A program made the translations under genes and the position numbers. Below the pieces are notes generated by a model that saw nothing but the letters and a program-made list of their open reading frames with translations, searched no databases and was not told where the DNA came from. DNA of 64,000 nucleotides from Abditibacterium sp. Lineage in GTDB: Bacteria; Armatimonadota; Abditibacteriia; Abditibacteriales; Abditibacteriaceae. Every line of letters begins with the position of its first letter. The stretch's first letter is position 1. This document shows, piece by piece, positions 37,263 to 46,623 of this stretch. Where the stretch lies: NCBI GenBank assembly GCA_965246885.1, contig OZ251992.1, forward strand, positions 1,024,001 through 1,088,000, given 5' to 3'.

Positions 37263-38276
37263 ATGCTTTCCAGTCGGCTTCCTTTTGAAAAACCACTTGT
37301 CGAGATCGAAGAACAGTTGGACGAGATCAAGCGTCTGGCCACGTCGGACGGCATTGACGCCCCCGCGCGGCAAAAACTGATGGACAACATCGAGCGGCTC
37401 GAAACGCACAAGCGCGAAGTGATGCGCCGCGTGTATGGCAATCTTAGCCCTTGGGACAAGGTGCAAATGGCGCGGCATCCCAAGCGGCCCTATTCGCTCG
37501 ATTACATCGGCGCGCTTTGCACCGACTGGGTCGAGTTGCACGGCGATCGCGCCGGGAGTGACGACGGCGCTGTTGTCGCGGGGTTCGCGCGCTTTCGCGG
37601 GCGCGCCGTTGCCGTCGTGGGCAACCAAAAGGGCCGCGACACCAAGGAACGCCAAGCGCGCAACTTCGGCCAACCCTCGCCCGAAGGTCTGCGCAAAGCG
37701 GGCCGCGTCATGGAAATGGCGGCGCGTTTCGGGCGGCCCATCCTCAGCTTCGTGGACACCCCCGGTGCCGCGTGTTCGCCCGCCGCCGAAGAGCATGGCA
37801 TCAGCGAAGCCATCGCGCAATCGCAAATGCTGATGAGCGCCCTCGAAGTCCCCGTTCTCGTCGCCATTATCGGTGAAGGCTGCTCCGGCGGAGCTATCGC
37901 AACCGCGCTGGGCGACCGCGTTTTGATGCTTGAACACGCTTACTATTCGGTCATTTCGCCCGAAGGCTGCGCGTCCATCCTGTTCCGTGACCCCGCCAAA
38001 GCGCCTCAAGCAAGCGAGCAACTCAAACTCACCGCGCAAGACGCCCTCCGCTTCGGCGTCGTCGAAGAAATCGTCCCCGAACCCTTGGGCGGCGCGCACC
38101 GCGACCTCGCCTCCATGAGCCAAACCCTCGGCAATGCCTTTGAACGGCACCTCCATGAGTTGGATAAACTCAGCGGCGCTGAGTTGGTCGAGGCCCGCTA
38201 CGCGCGCTTCCGCAAATTGGGCGACTACGAGGAAACCATCGCCGCCTTGAAGCCGGAATTGAACGGGCACGCTTGA
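37263..38276 (+). CDS. accA: Acetyl-CoA carboxylase carboxyltransferase alpha
   Basis: ARHPKRP, ELHGDR, DTPGA, YSVISPEGCASIL, EPLGGAH. Confidence 0.96.
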   Translation: MLSSRLPFEKPLVEIEEQLDEIKRLATSDGIDAPARQKLMDNIERLETHKREVMRRVYGNLSPWDKVQMARHPKRPYSLDYIGALCTDWVELHGDRAGSDDGAVVAGFARFRGRAVAVVGNQKGRDTKERQARNFGQPSPEGLRKAGRVMEMAARFGRPILSFVDTPGAACSPAAEEHGISEAIAQSQMLMSALEVPVLVAIIGEGCSGGAIATALGDRVLMLEHAYYSVISPEGCASILFRDPAKAPQASEQLKLTAQDALRFGVVEEIVPEPLGGAHRDLASMSQTLGNAFERHLHELDKLSGAELVEARYARFRKLGDYEETIAALKPELNGHA

Positions 38277-38285
38277 AACTTGCGG

Positions 38286-38390
38286 AGCGACTAAAGTCGC
38301 AGCCAGCGAGAGCGTTGGCCTTTGCCGACGTATTAGCTGGAATCCCGTCGGCGAAGGCCGACGCTCTCGCTGGCTGCGACTTTAGTCGCT
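38286..38390. repeat. Palindromic element (GCGACTAAAGTCGC variant)
   Basis: AGCGACTAAAGTCGCAGCCAGCGAGAGCG ... CGCTCTCGCTGGCTGCGACTTTAGTCGCT. Confidence 0.93.
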
Positions 38391-38394
38391 TGTT

Positions 38395-39159
38395 ATGCAG
38401 TTCGCCCTCCTCGCCAACATCCCCGGTTTCCACCACGCCATTTCTACGCGGCACGGCGGCGTTTCAGAAGGCGAGTTCGCCTCGCTCAACCTCGCCTATC
38501 ACGTCGGCGACGCCCCCGAACTGGTGGCGCGCAACCTCGCGCTGTGGGCGCGCGAGGCCGGTTTCTCTTCCGTGAACATCGTGGGCGCGCAACAAGTGCA
38601 CGGCGACCACGTGCGCGTCGTGACGCGCGACGACATTGGACGCGGGCATTTTGAAGGCTTGCCCGCTTGTGATGCGCTCGTCACTGCCGAAGAGGATGTG
38701 CCCCTCTTGATTCTCGTCGCCGACTGCGCGCCCGTTCTGCTCGTTGACCCGGTTGGGCGGGCGTGCGCCGTCGTTCATGCCGGTTGGCGCGGCGCTTTAG
38801 CGGGCATTGCGGGCAAGACGCTGGCGGTGATGCAGCAACACTGGGGCACGGAGCCAAGCGAGGTGTTGGCGGCGATTGGGCCGTGCTTAAATGTGGCGAA
38901 CTTGGAGGTCGGCGAGGAAGTCGCGGCTCAGGTCGAGGCCGTTCATCCGCCCGCCGTCGTGCGCGACGGGTGGGAGTTGCCGCACCTCGATTTGCGCGCG
39001 CTCATCGTGGCGGACTTGATAGGCCGGGGAGTCGCGGCGCAGGCCCTCGAAGTGTCGTCATTGTGCCCGCGCGAACGGAACGACCTGTTTTTTTCGCATC
39101 GCGGCCAGAATGGGCGGGCGGGGCGTTTCGGCTTGGTCGCATGGTGGGCGAAACAATGA
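38395..39159 (+). CDS. pgeF: YfiH/PgeF family (purine nucleoside phosphorylase/laccase-like)
   Basis: STRHGGVS, QVHG, ADCAPVL, HAGWRG, FFSHR. Confidence 0.92.
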   Translation: MQFALLANIPGFHHAISTRHGGVSEGEFASLNLAYHVGDAPELVARNLALWAREAGFSSVNIVGAQQVHGDHVRVVTRDDIGRGHFEGLPACDALVTAEEDVPLLILVADCAPVLLVDPVGRACAVVHAGWRGALAGIAGKTLAVMQQHWGTEPSEVLAAIGPCLNVANLEVGEEVAAQVEAVHPPAVVRDGWELPHLDLRALIVADLIGRGVAAQALEVSSLCPRERNDLFFSHRGQNGRAGRFGLVAWWAKQ

Positions 39160-39314
39160 GAGACGTCCGCCGAGCGATGGCAGACGTCTGGGAATGAGTG
39201 ACAGATGTCTGGGAATGAGTGGCAGACGCCCGTCGCCGCTCCGCCGCCATACATTTCCCGGCGCGGGAGGGCGGTGAGAGGATGACGGACGTCCGTCGCG
39301 CGGCGGCAGACGGC
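39159..39314. repeat. 21-nt-period repeat, family A
   Basis: GCAGACGTCTGGGAATGAGTG and ACAGATGTCTGGGAATGAGTG; units at 39159, 39180, 39201, 39222, 39285 and 39306 are all in register. Confidence 0.85.
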
Positions 39315-39324
39315 AAACTGGGAA

Positions 39325-40266
39325 GTGCTCGTGTCCCGCTTCTCCCGAATTGCGCGCGCTTCGGCCCGCGCGCTATTGCCCATTGCTGGCCCGCTTTGGG
39401 TGCGCCACGCCGATGACATGGCGGCCCTTGGCCACACCTTCCCCACCCTCTTATGGCCGCGCCCAAACGAGCGCGTGTGGGTGTTGGCCCCGCACCCGGA
39501 TGACGAATCGCTCGGATGCGCCGGGTTGCTCGCGCGCTGTGCGTCGTTGGGCGTTCCGGCGAAGGTGGTCTTCCTGACCGGCGGCGACGGCACACGGACA
39601 ACGCAACTGGCGATGCAGCTCAGTCCGCGCTTTGGCGGGCCATACGACCTGCTTTCCATTGCGCGCGAGCGGCAACGCGAAGCCGGGAGCGCGGCGCGCG
39701 AATTGGGCCTAAGCGCCGACAATCTGGAGTTTCTGGGCTTCCCCGACGGCGGGATGCGCGCGATTTGGCGCGAGGGTTTCTCGCCGCGCGCGCCGTTTGT
39801 CTCGCCCTTCACGGCCAAGATGCGCGTGCCGTATGCGAACGCCCGCTCGCCGCGCGCACCGTTTTGCCGGGACAGTGTGCTGGGCGACTTGGCCGCGTCG
39901 CTGACCGAGTTTCGCCCGACGCTTGTGCTCACCACGCCCGCTTTCGACACCCACCGCGACCATGCGGCGGCGCCGCTCTTTGTCCGGCGCGCGCTCCAAA
40001 TGGCGCACCTCGAACACGCGCCGGAGTTCTGGACGTTCCTCATTCACGAGGGCATCTGGCCCGTTCCTAACGGCCTTCATCCCGACCTGCCGCTCGCTCC
40101 ACCCGCGCATCTGCTCGGCAAGGCTTGGGCGTCGCTGCCGCTCACGCCGGAAGAGGTCGCCGCCAAACGTCGCGCTATCGCCTGCCACGCGACCCAAATG
40201 GCGTCCGTGCCGCGCTATTTGCAGGCTTTCGCAAGGCGCAACGAACTGTTTTGCCCATCCGTCTGA
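39325..40266 (+). CDS. PIG-L/LmbE family deacetylase
   Basis: APHPDDE, LTGGD, LGFPDG, DTHRDH, HATQ. Confidence 0.9.
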   Translation: MLVSRFSRIARASARALLPIAGPLWVRHADDMAALGHTFPTLLWPRPNERVWVLAPHPDDESLGCAGLLARCASLGVPAKVVFLTGGDGTRTTQLAMQLSPRFGGPYDLLSIARERQREAGSAARELGLSADNLEFLGFPDGGMRAIWREGFSPRAPFVSPFTAKMRVPYANARSPRAPFCRDSVLGDLAASLTEFRPTLVLTTPAFDTHRDHAAAPLFVRRALQMAHLEHAPEFWTFLIHEGIWPVPNGLHPDLPLAPPAHLLGKAWASLPLTPEEVAAKRRAIACHATQMASVPRYLQAFARRNELFCPSV

Positions 40267-40275
40267 GTATCCGCC

Positions 40276-41229
40276 ATGAAACCGCTCCTGCTCCTCTCCG
40301 CCGTCCTCGCCGCGCCCGCCCTCGCCCAAACACCCGCGCCCTCAGTTACTCCAGCACCGGCCAAGTTCGACTGGAAACTGCGGCTAACCAAGGGGCAAAC
40401 GTGGACGCAGACGGTTGTTTCGCACATCCACACCACCTCGACCACGCCGGTGGGCCAAAGCGGGAAGGACGTCACCAAGACCGAGATAAACATCGTCCAG
40501 ACCATTGCCATGAAAAGCGAGGTGCTGGACGCGACGCCCGACCTGTATACGACGCGCCTGACTTACACGCGCTTTTCCATGAAGAACGACGTTCGCGTTA
40601 ACGGCAAAGCTCTTCCTCTGCCCGGCTCGCCTGAAGTGGCGCGTTTCTTCGAGGGCGCGTCCTTCACGCTCAAGCAAACACCCGATGGCCGCGTGGTGGA
40701 CGTCCTTGGCTTGGAGGACATGGTGGCCCGCCAAAAGAAGCTGATGGCCTTGGTGACCAAAAGGGCGACGCACCCCGGCCCATTCGTGGACTATACGCCC
40801 TCGGCGGGGGATTTGCGCCAAAGCATGATTCAAAGCCAAAGCCTAAAACTCCCCACTTCCGCGCTTGGCATCGGCGAAAGTTACAGCTACTCCTACGCGC
40901 TGCCTTCGCTTCCGCTTGTGTCCTCGGCACAAGCGAGCGGCAAACGCACGTTGCTCTCGTTTGATAGAAAAAGCGCCGTAATAGACGAGAAGGGCGCTTT
41001 TAGCGTATATACGACCGCGCCGCAGAACGCGAGTAAAATGAAATCTTACGCGGCGATGACGGCCAAAGTTTCCGGCTCGTCCACCGTCCAAGCGGCAAGC
41101 GGCATCGTCCAAAGTAGCCAACTGAGCACGCGCATTACGGGCGAAGTCACCGTCGTTGACCCGGCGGGCAAACGCACGACCACACCCATAAATGTCACGA
41201 CGGACACGACGCTTTCAACGCGGTTCTGA
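40276..41229 (+). CDS. Secreted beta-rich hypothetical protein
   Basis: Signal peptide ending ALA; Thr-rich beta strands. Confidence 0.7.
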   Translation: MKPLLLLSAVLAAPALAQTPAPSVTPAPAKFDWKLRLTKGQTWTQTVVSHIHTTSTTPVGQSGKDVTKTEINIVQTIAMKSEVLDATPDLYTTRLTYTRFSMKNDVRVNGKALPLPGSPEVARFFEGASFTLKQTPDGRVVDVLGLEDMVARQKKLMALVTKRATHPGPFVDYTPSAGDLRQSMIQSQSLKLPTSALGIGESYSYSYALPSLPLVSSAQASGKRTLLSFDRKSAVIDEKGAFSVYTTAPQNASKMKSYAAMTAKVSGSSTVQAASGIVQSSQLSTRITGEVTVVDPAGKRTTTPINVTTDTTLSTRF

Positions 41230-41254
41230 GCCGTCATGTTAAACCCAATGGGCC

Positions 41255-42356
41255 ATGTTGGAAACACAAACAGAAAGCCTCCGACGCATCCGGGACGGAT
41301 TGCGGGCTAAGGGTGAGAGTCTTTGACTTGCCTCAACGACTCTCGAAATACGCTGAATTAGAAACCGAGTCCGAGCGCCCCGACCTGTGGGACGACCCGC
41401 CGCACGCCCAATCGGTGATGCAGGAAATGGCGGCGACGCGCGCGTACGTCGAGCCGTTCCAGAGCCTCGATAAGCGCGCCGCCGACCTGTTGGAACTGAT
41501 CGAACTCGCTCAGATGGAGGACGACGCGGAACTTGCACAGGAAATAGACCGCGAACTGCCGCGCTTGGAGGGCGACTACCGTGCTTTCGAGCGCACTCTG
41601 CTTTTTGCCGGGGAATACGATAACTCGAACGCCATCTTTTCGCTGAACGCCGGGGCCGGGGGCACGGAAGCGCAGGACTGGGCGCAAATGCTCGTGCGCG
41701 CCTATCTGCGCTGGGCGCAGAGGCACAAGTTTACCGTCGAAATCATGGAGGAGCAAGCGGGTGATGAGGCGGGAATCAAGGGTTTCTCCGCAATTATCAA
41801 AGGCGAGAACGCTTACGGCTTTTGCAAGTCGGAAGCGGGCGTGCATCGTTTGGTGCGCATATCGCCGTTTAACTCGCAAGGGAAAAGGATGACCAGCTTC
41901 GCGTCGGTAGATGTGGTGCCAGAGATTCCCGATAACATCGAAATCGAGGTCAGTCCCAAGGACATCCGGCTCGACTACTTCCTGTCAGGCGGCGCGGGCG
42001 GGCAAAACGTGCAAAAGAACGAGACGGCGGTGCGCATTACCCACCTCCCGACGGGCATTGTGACGCAGTGCCAGAACGAGCGCTCGCAACTCCAAAACCG
42101 CGAGGTGGCGATGAAAGTTCTTAAGTCAAAGCTGTTTGAAATCGAGTGGCGCAAGCGACAAGAGCACATCACCAGTTTGCGCGGGGAAGTCAAATCCGGC
42201 GAGTGGGGCAACCAGATTCGGTCTTATGTGTTCCAGCCGTATCAGCAGGTGAAAGACCTGCGCTCCGGCTTTGAAACCAGCGACGTTTCGGGCGTGATGG
42301 ACGGAGATTTTGACCCGCTCGTGTACTCCGTTTTGGAGCACAACGTGGGGGCGTAG
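41255..42356 (+). CDS. prfB: Peptide chain release factor 2 with programmed +1 frameshift
   Basis: ATG at 41255 reads MLETQ...GESL into CTT TGA C at 41321-41327. The +1 frame has GAGGTEAQDW, SPF, GGAGGQNV and WGNQIRSY. Confidence 0.96.
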
Positions 42357-42449
42357 TGGGCGGTGGAGGTCAGGAAGAAGCGGCTTTCGGTCGCTTCTCT
42401 TTTCTCTCTGACTGCTAACCCCGCTCCTTTTGCTTTACTACTCCTTTGC

Positions 42450-42959
42450 ATGGATGCCCGTGAATTTCTCGATTTCGGTTTAAAAATCAACGAGGACGAC
42501 GAATTTCGTCTTGACTTTCTCAAGCCGCTACTCGAAAAACAACCCGAATCTCCCGCGCGTGACGCTTTGATGCGCGCCTTCAAGCGCCGCAAATCGCGGC
42601 GCACTCATTACATCGCCGTTGCCGACGCCGATTCGCTCCTTGCACTGTGCAAAAAGTGGAATTCGCTTGGCGCGGCCCAAGGCGCCGCCGAAAAGCGGCG
42701 CGAGGTCTACGAGGAGTATCTCTGCGGCGAGGCCGACATCGAGGAGGTGCGCGCCATCGGCCCCAAAATCGAGCCGTTCGACGCCGAACTGCGCGCATGG
42801 AGTGGCCACAAAGAGGACAACCTCCGGGCCATCCGCGTCCTGCTCATCATTCAGGACATGACGCGCCAATTGTGTGAGAAGGACTCGCTCGGCCAAAAGC
42901 GCCCGCAACGCGACTGGCGCCTCACGCCCACCCTCATCACGCACTGGGATTTGGACTAA
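42450..42959 (+). CDS. Hypothetical protein
   Basis: Typical codon usage, fills the gap before bioD; no motif recognised. Confidence 0.65.
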   Translation: MDAREFLDFGLKINEDDEFRLDFLKPLLEKQPESPARDALMRAFKRRKSRRTHYIAVADADSLLALCKKWNSLGAAQGAAEKRREVYEEYLCGEADIEEVRAIGPKIEPFDAELRAWSGHKEDNLRAIRVLLIIQDMTRQLCEKDSLGQKRPQRDWRLTPTLITHWDLD

Positions 42960-42968
42960 CCGCCGCCG

Positions 42969-43712
42969 ATGCCCGCGCTGTTTATTTCCGGCACCGATAC
43001 AGGTGTGGGGAAGAGCGTCGTCACAGCCCAATTGACCCGCGCGATGCGGCAAATGGGCGCCGATTGCGTGGCGATGAAACCGCTCGCGTCGGGTTGCACG
43101 CTGTCCGATGGCGCGCTGCAAAGCGAGGACGCCGACCTGTTGCAAGCCGTTGGCGGCTTCAGTTTGCCCCCGGAACTGGTCTGCCCCATCCGTTTGGAAC
43201 TCCCGCTTGCCCCGCTTGTGGCCGCCGAACTTGAGGGCACGGACACGCGCGCCTTTCCCGCTTTGGTTCTTGCCGCTTACGAGGAATTGCGCCGCCGTCA
43301 TGAGTGGGTGATTGTCGAGGGCGTGGGCGGGTGGTGCGTTCCGTTGTGGCGGCGGGGCGATGGCACGATTGCGGAGTGCGCTGATTTGGTCGCGCTCCTC
43401 GGCGCCCCGGTTGTGGTTGTCGCGCGCCGCACGCTGGGAACCGTTAACCATACAACGTTGACCTGCCGCGCGGTGCGAGGAAGCGCGGAACTATTGGGCG
43501 TCGTCTTTTGCGATGCGGCGCCGGTGGAAACCGAAGATGTGGCGGCGGCGACTTCGCCCGCGATGGCGTGCGAGTTGGCGGGGGTGCGGGCGTTGGGATT
43601 TGTGCCCTACGCGCCGGAGTCGGGGGAGTTGGCAGGGTTCGCGACGCTGGCGGGGGAGTTGTTGCAAAAGAGCCAACAAAAAGCGCCCGCGATTAAATCG
43701 CGGGCGCCCTAA
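42969..43712 (+). CDS. bioD: Dethiobiotin synthase
   Basis: ISGTDTGVGKS, KPLASG, VEGVGG, LGTVNHT. Confidence 0.95.
   Translation: MPALFISGTDTGVGKSVVTAQLTRAMRQMGADCVAMKPLASGCTLSDGALQSEDADLLQAVGGFSLPPELVCPIRLELPLAPLVAAELEGTDTRAFPALVLAAYEELRRRHEWVIVEGVGGWCVPLWRRGDGTIAECADLVALLGAPVVVVARRTLGTVNHTTLTCRAVRGSAELLGVVFCDAAPVETEDVAAATSPAMACELAGVRALGFVPYAPESGELAGFATLAGELLQKSQQKAPAIKSRAP
43683..43707. terminator. Terminator-like hairpin overlapping the bioD 3' end (best oriented for rpoZ)
   Basis: GCGCCCGCGAT-TAA-ATCGCGGGCGC preceded by an A run (U tract on the minus strand). Confidence 0.65.
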
Positions 43713-43726
43713 CTCTTGACCGTCAG

Positions 43727-44029
43727 TTACGACGACGCGACGTCGTCGCTGAGGCCGAGCACTTCGTCAAGGGCGTTTTCGGCGGCGAGTTCGTGGTCGG
43801 CGGCGGTCTTGCGCTTGGCTTCGCCCGGATCGGCGGACACGCGGAAGGTGATTTTGCCGTTCACGATCTCGTCAATGGCGACGGAAAGGGGGTTGGGCGT
43901 TTTGACTTCGACGAGCGGGATGGACTCGCCCGATTGCAATTGGCGCGCGCGTTCGGCGATGGCGCGGGCGAGGGTATATTTGCCGCCGGGAACGCGGCGC
44001 TTGAGTTCGGTCAGGTTGTCTTGAGGCAT
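43727..44029 (-). CDS. rpoZ: RNA polymerase omega subunit
   Basis: KYTLARAIAERARQL, PLSVAIDEIVNGKI. Confidence 0.9.
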   Translation of the reverse strand: MPQDNLTELKRRVPGGKYTLARAIAERARQLQSGESIPLVEVKTPNPLSVAIDEIVNGKITFRVSADPGEAKRKTAADHELAAENALDEVLGLSDDVASS

Positions 44030-44170
44030 AACGGGCGCTTCGCTGGCAGGCCAGCGAAGGGCGAAAGTATAAAGCAACTGGCCCACCAAGGCGAAGACCC
44101 GGCAGCCACAACTTGACGCGGCGCAAACGGGAAGCGTGCGGGAGTTTCGGGCGTCTTGGAGCGGCTCCTT

Positions 44171-45427
44171 ATGGCCACTTCCGACCTCACCCTCTTGGCG
44201 CAACCCGCAGTCCGGGCGCTGATTGCGCAGGGCGCGCGCGACGGGCGCGTCTCCTTCGCGCAGATAAACGACCTGCTCGTCGACCTCGAACTCGACGAAG
44301 ACGCCGTCGAACTGCTCTACGAAACCCTCGAAAAGCGCGCCATCGCCGTCGTGGACGAAGACTACGTTCCGCCCGCGCCCAAAGCTAAGACCGCCAAAGC
44401 CCCCAAACCCGCCAAAAAGCAAAGCGCGCACTCCGACTTAGACGCCATCCTCGCCGACCTCGAAGAAATCAAGGGGATAGACGACGACGTAAGCTCCGTC
44501 GCCGATTTTCTGGCCGACACGGTTGCTGACGAGGAGGAGGAAGAATACGTCGGCGAAGACCTCGACGACGCGCAAAAGCCCGTTGACGACGCCCTCAAAA
44601 TCTACCTCAACCGCATGGGCCAAATCCCGCGCCTTTCCCCCGACGAGGAGCGCGAACTGGCGCTGGAAGCGCGCTCGCCGGACGCCGAAGCTGCGCGCGA
44701 AGCGAAGAACCGGCTGGTCGAGGCGAACCTGCGCTTGGTCGTGCATCTGGCGCGCTCCGCCGCGACGCGCACCACGCTGTCCATCACCGACCTGCTGCAA
44801 GAGGGCAATCTGGGCTTGCTCGATGCCGTCGAACGCTACCGCGCCGAATCGAACAAGACCTTCGGCGCCTACGCGACGTGGTGGGTGCGCCGCGCCATGA
44901 ACCGCGCCATCAACGACCACACCCGCGTCCTGCGCTTGTCGGGCGAACTGTATGCCGCCATCCAGAAGATGCAACTGGCGCAGCGCAGCCTCACCCAAAC
45001 CTTGGGCCGCGCGCCGTCGCGCGCCGAAATCGCCGCCGCAACGGGGCTGTCCGTCGAGCAGATCGAGGAAGCGCAGCGCGCCGCGTCGCAGCCCTTGTCG
45101 CTGGACAAGCCCACCGGAAGCGAAGAAGGCACGACCGAGTTCGGCGAGACCTTGGAAGGCGACGAAGAAGCGACCGAAGCGCGCTCCGAGCGCCTCGAAA
45201 CGGGCCGCGCCATGACCGCGCTCCTGCAAAACCTGCCCGACCGCGACCGCGCCGTCCTGAGCCTACGCTTTGGCTTGGGCGATTATGAAGCCGACGGCCC
45301 GCAAACCGTAGACGACGTGGCCGCCCGCCTCCAACTGTCGCGCGAACGAGTCCACGACATCGAAGTCCGCGCGCTCCGCAAGTTGCGGAAACGCGCGCGG
45401 GCGGCGGAGGAGGATGAAGACTCGTAG
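44171..45427 (+). CDS. Divergent RpoD/SigA-like sigma-70 factor with region 1.1
   Basis: LIAQG...VSFAQINDLL (1.1), DALKIYLNRMG (1.2), LVEANLRLVV, DLLQEGNLGL, YATWW, SRERVHDIEVRALRKLR. Confidence 0.9.
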   Translation: MATSDLTLLAQPAVRALIAQGARDGRVSFAQINDLLVDLELDEDAVELLYETLEKRAIAVVDEDYVPPAPKAKTAKAPKPAKKQSAHSDLDAILADLEEIKGIDDDVSSVADFLADTVADEEEEEYVGEDLDDAQKPVDDALKIYLNRMGQIPRLSPDEERELALEARSPDAEAAREAKNRLVEANLRLVVHLARSAATRTTLSITDLLQEGNLGLLDAVERYRAESNKTFGAYATWWVRRAMNRAINDHTRVLRLSGELYAAIQKMQLAQRSLTQTLGRAPSRAEIAAATGLSVEQIEEAQRAASQPLSLDKPTGSEEGTTEFGETLEGDEEATEARSERLETGRAMTALLQNLPDRDRAVLSLRFGLGDYEADGPQTVDDVAARLQLSRERVHDIEVRALRKLRKRARAAEEDEDS

Positions 45428-45493
45428 GGACGCTGCTTGCCGCGTCCTCGCCCGTTACAATCTGGCAAGGACGCGGCAAGCAGCGTCTCTACG
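45423..45493. repeat. GTAG-type REP doublet, second copy (inverted relative to 22385)
   Basis: Same 25-bp arms with one mismatch. The spacer is a near reverse complement of the first copy's spacer. Its GTAG supplies the sigma gene's stop codon. Confidence 0.9.
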
Positions 45494-45511
45494 AAGCGCC
45501 GAACACACGCC

Positions 45512-45958
45512 ATGATCTCCCTTCTCACTTTCATTCGCACCGGACGCTTGGGCGCCATCGGCCTCGGCTCCACGCGCACCGAAGTTGAAGCCGCGTTTGG
45601 CCCCGCGCCCGATTGGGATGCGGCGAGCCAGCGCGAGTCGGCGCAGATTTGGAAATACGGCGCGATGGAAATTTACTTTGACGCCGACCGCGTGTGGATG
45701 ATTTTTACCGACGACCTGCGCGCGCCCCTACACATGGGCGCGCTTGCGTTTGAGGCGAATGGCATCAACGGAAGAATCAGCGCGACGGACGGGGAAGATT
45801 GGTTGCGAAGCAACGGCGTCGCCTTCGAACGCGAATCTTGGCCTTGGTGTGAGGAAGGTGTGCGCTTGGCGACGGGTTCCGGCGTCACGCTGACTTTTGG
45901 CGCAGACGCAAAGGGCGAGCCGTCGCTACTCCTCACGTTTTCTATAGTTCGCCGTTAA
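45512..45958 (+). CDS. Hypothetical protein
   Basis: FIRTGRLGAIGLG...FGPAPDW...WKYGAMEIYF. Confidence 0.7.
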   Translation: MISLLTFIRTGRLGAIGLGSTRTEVEAAFGPAPDWDAASQRESAQIWKYGAMEIYFDADRVWMIFTDDLRAPLHMGALAFEANGINGRISATDGEDWLRSNGVAFERESWPWCEEGVRLATGSGVTLTFGADAKGEPSLLLTFSIVRR

Positions 45959-45975
45959 ACTGCCCGCCCCGTCGC

Positions 45976-46048
45976 GCGCTCGTAGCTCAACGGTTAGAGC
46001 AGGGCACTCATAATGCCTTGGTTAGGGGTTCGATTCCCTTCGAGCGCA
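45976..46048 (+). tRNA. tRNA with CAT anticodon (probably Ile2/lysidine type, or elongator Met); CCA not encoded
   Basis: GCGCTCG/CGAGCGC acceptor stem, GCTC/GAGC D stem, GGGCA-CTCATAA-TGCCT anticodon arm, GTTCGATTC T loop. Confidence 0.95.
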
Positions 46049-46051
46049 ACT

Positions 46052-46078
46052 GGTCGGCTTCACCGTGTGAGGCCGACC
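46052..46078 (+). terminator. Hairpin after the tRNA
   Basis: GGTCGGCTTCAC-CGT-GTGAGGCCGACC. Confidence 0.55.
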
Positions 46079-46122
46079 TCGCGTTTTCTGGTGGCGCGCC
46101 ATTGGCGCCGTTCGCTCTTTCC

Positions 46123-46611
46123 ATGACTAACCTTCCTCTTGATGCGGGCGTTCGCGTTGGCCACGTTCACCTTAAAGTCGCCGACCTCCAGCGCGCCCTC
46201 GACTTCTACTGCGGGGTTCTCGGCTTTGAGTTGACGCAGCGCTTCGGCGCGCAGGCCGCTTTCGTTTCGGCGGGCGGCTATCACCATCACATCGGCCTCA
46301 ATACGTGGGAAAGCGCGGGCGGCTCGCCTCCGCCGCCGGGAACAACCGGGCTGTATCATGTGGCAATTCTCTATCCCACGCGCGCCGCGCTTGCCGATGG
46401 GCTTCGCCGCCTGATGAAAGCGGGCATTTCCCTTGATGGCGCGGCTGATCACGGCGTCAGCGAGGCGCTGTACCTGCGCGACCCCGACCAAAACGGCGTT
46501 GAATTGTATTGGGATCGCCCGCGCGAAGAGTGGCCGCACGCGGCGGATGGCGCATTGGCAATGTACACGCGGCGCTTGGATTTGCAAGCGTTGTTGCGAA
46601 CTGGGCAGTAG
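46123..46611 (+). CDS. VOC/glyoxalase family protein (CatE-like)
   Basis: GHVHLKVADL, GGYHHHIGLNTW, GLYHVAIL, YLRDPDQNGVELY. Confidence 0.92.
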   Translation: MTNLPLDAGVRVGHVHLKVADLQRALDFYCGVLGFELTQRFGAQAAFVSAGGYHHHIGLNTWESAGGSPPPPGTTGLYHVAILYPTRAALADGLRRLMKAGISLDGAADHGVSEALYLRDPDQNGVELYWDRPREEWPHAADGALAMYTRRLDLQALLRTGQ

Positions 46612-46623
46612 CGCGGCGGGCGC

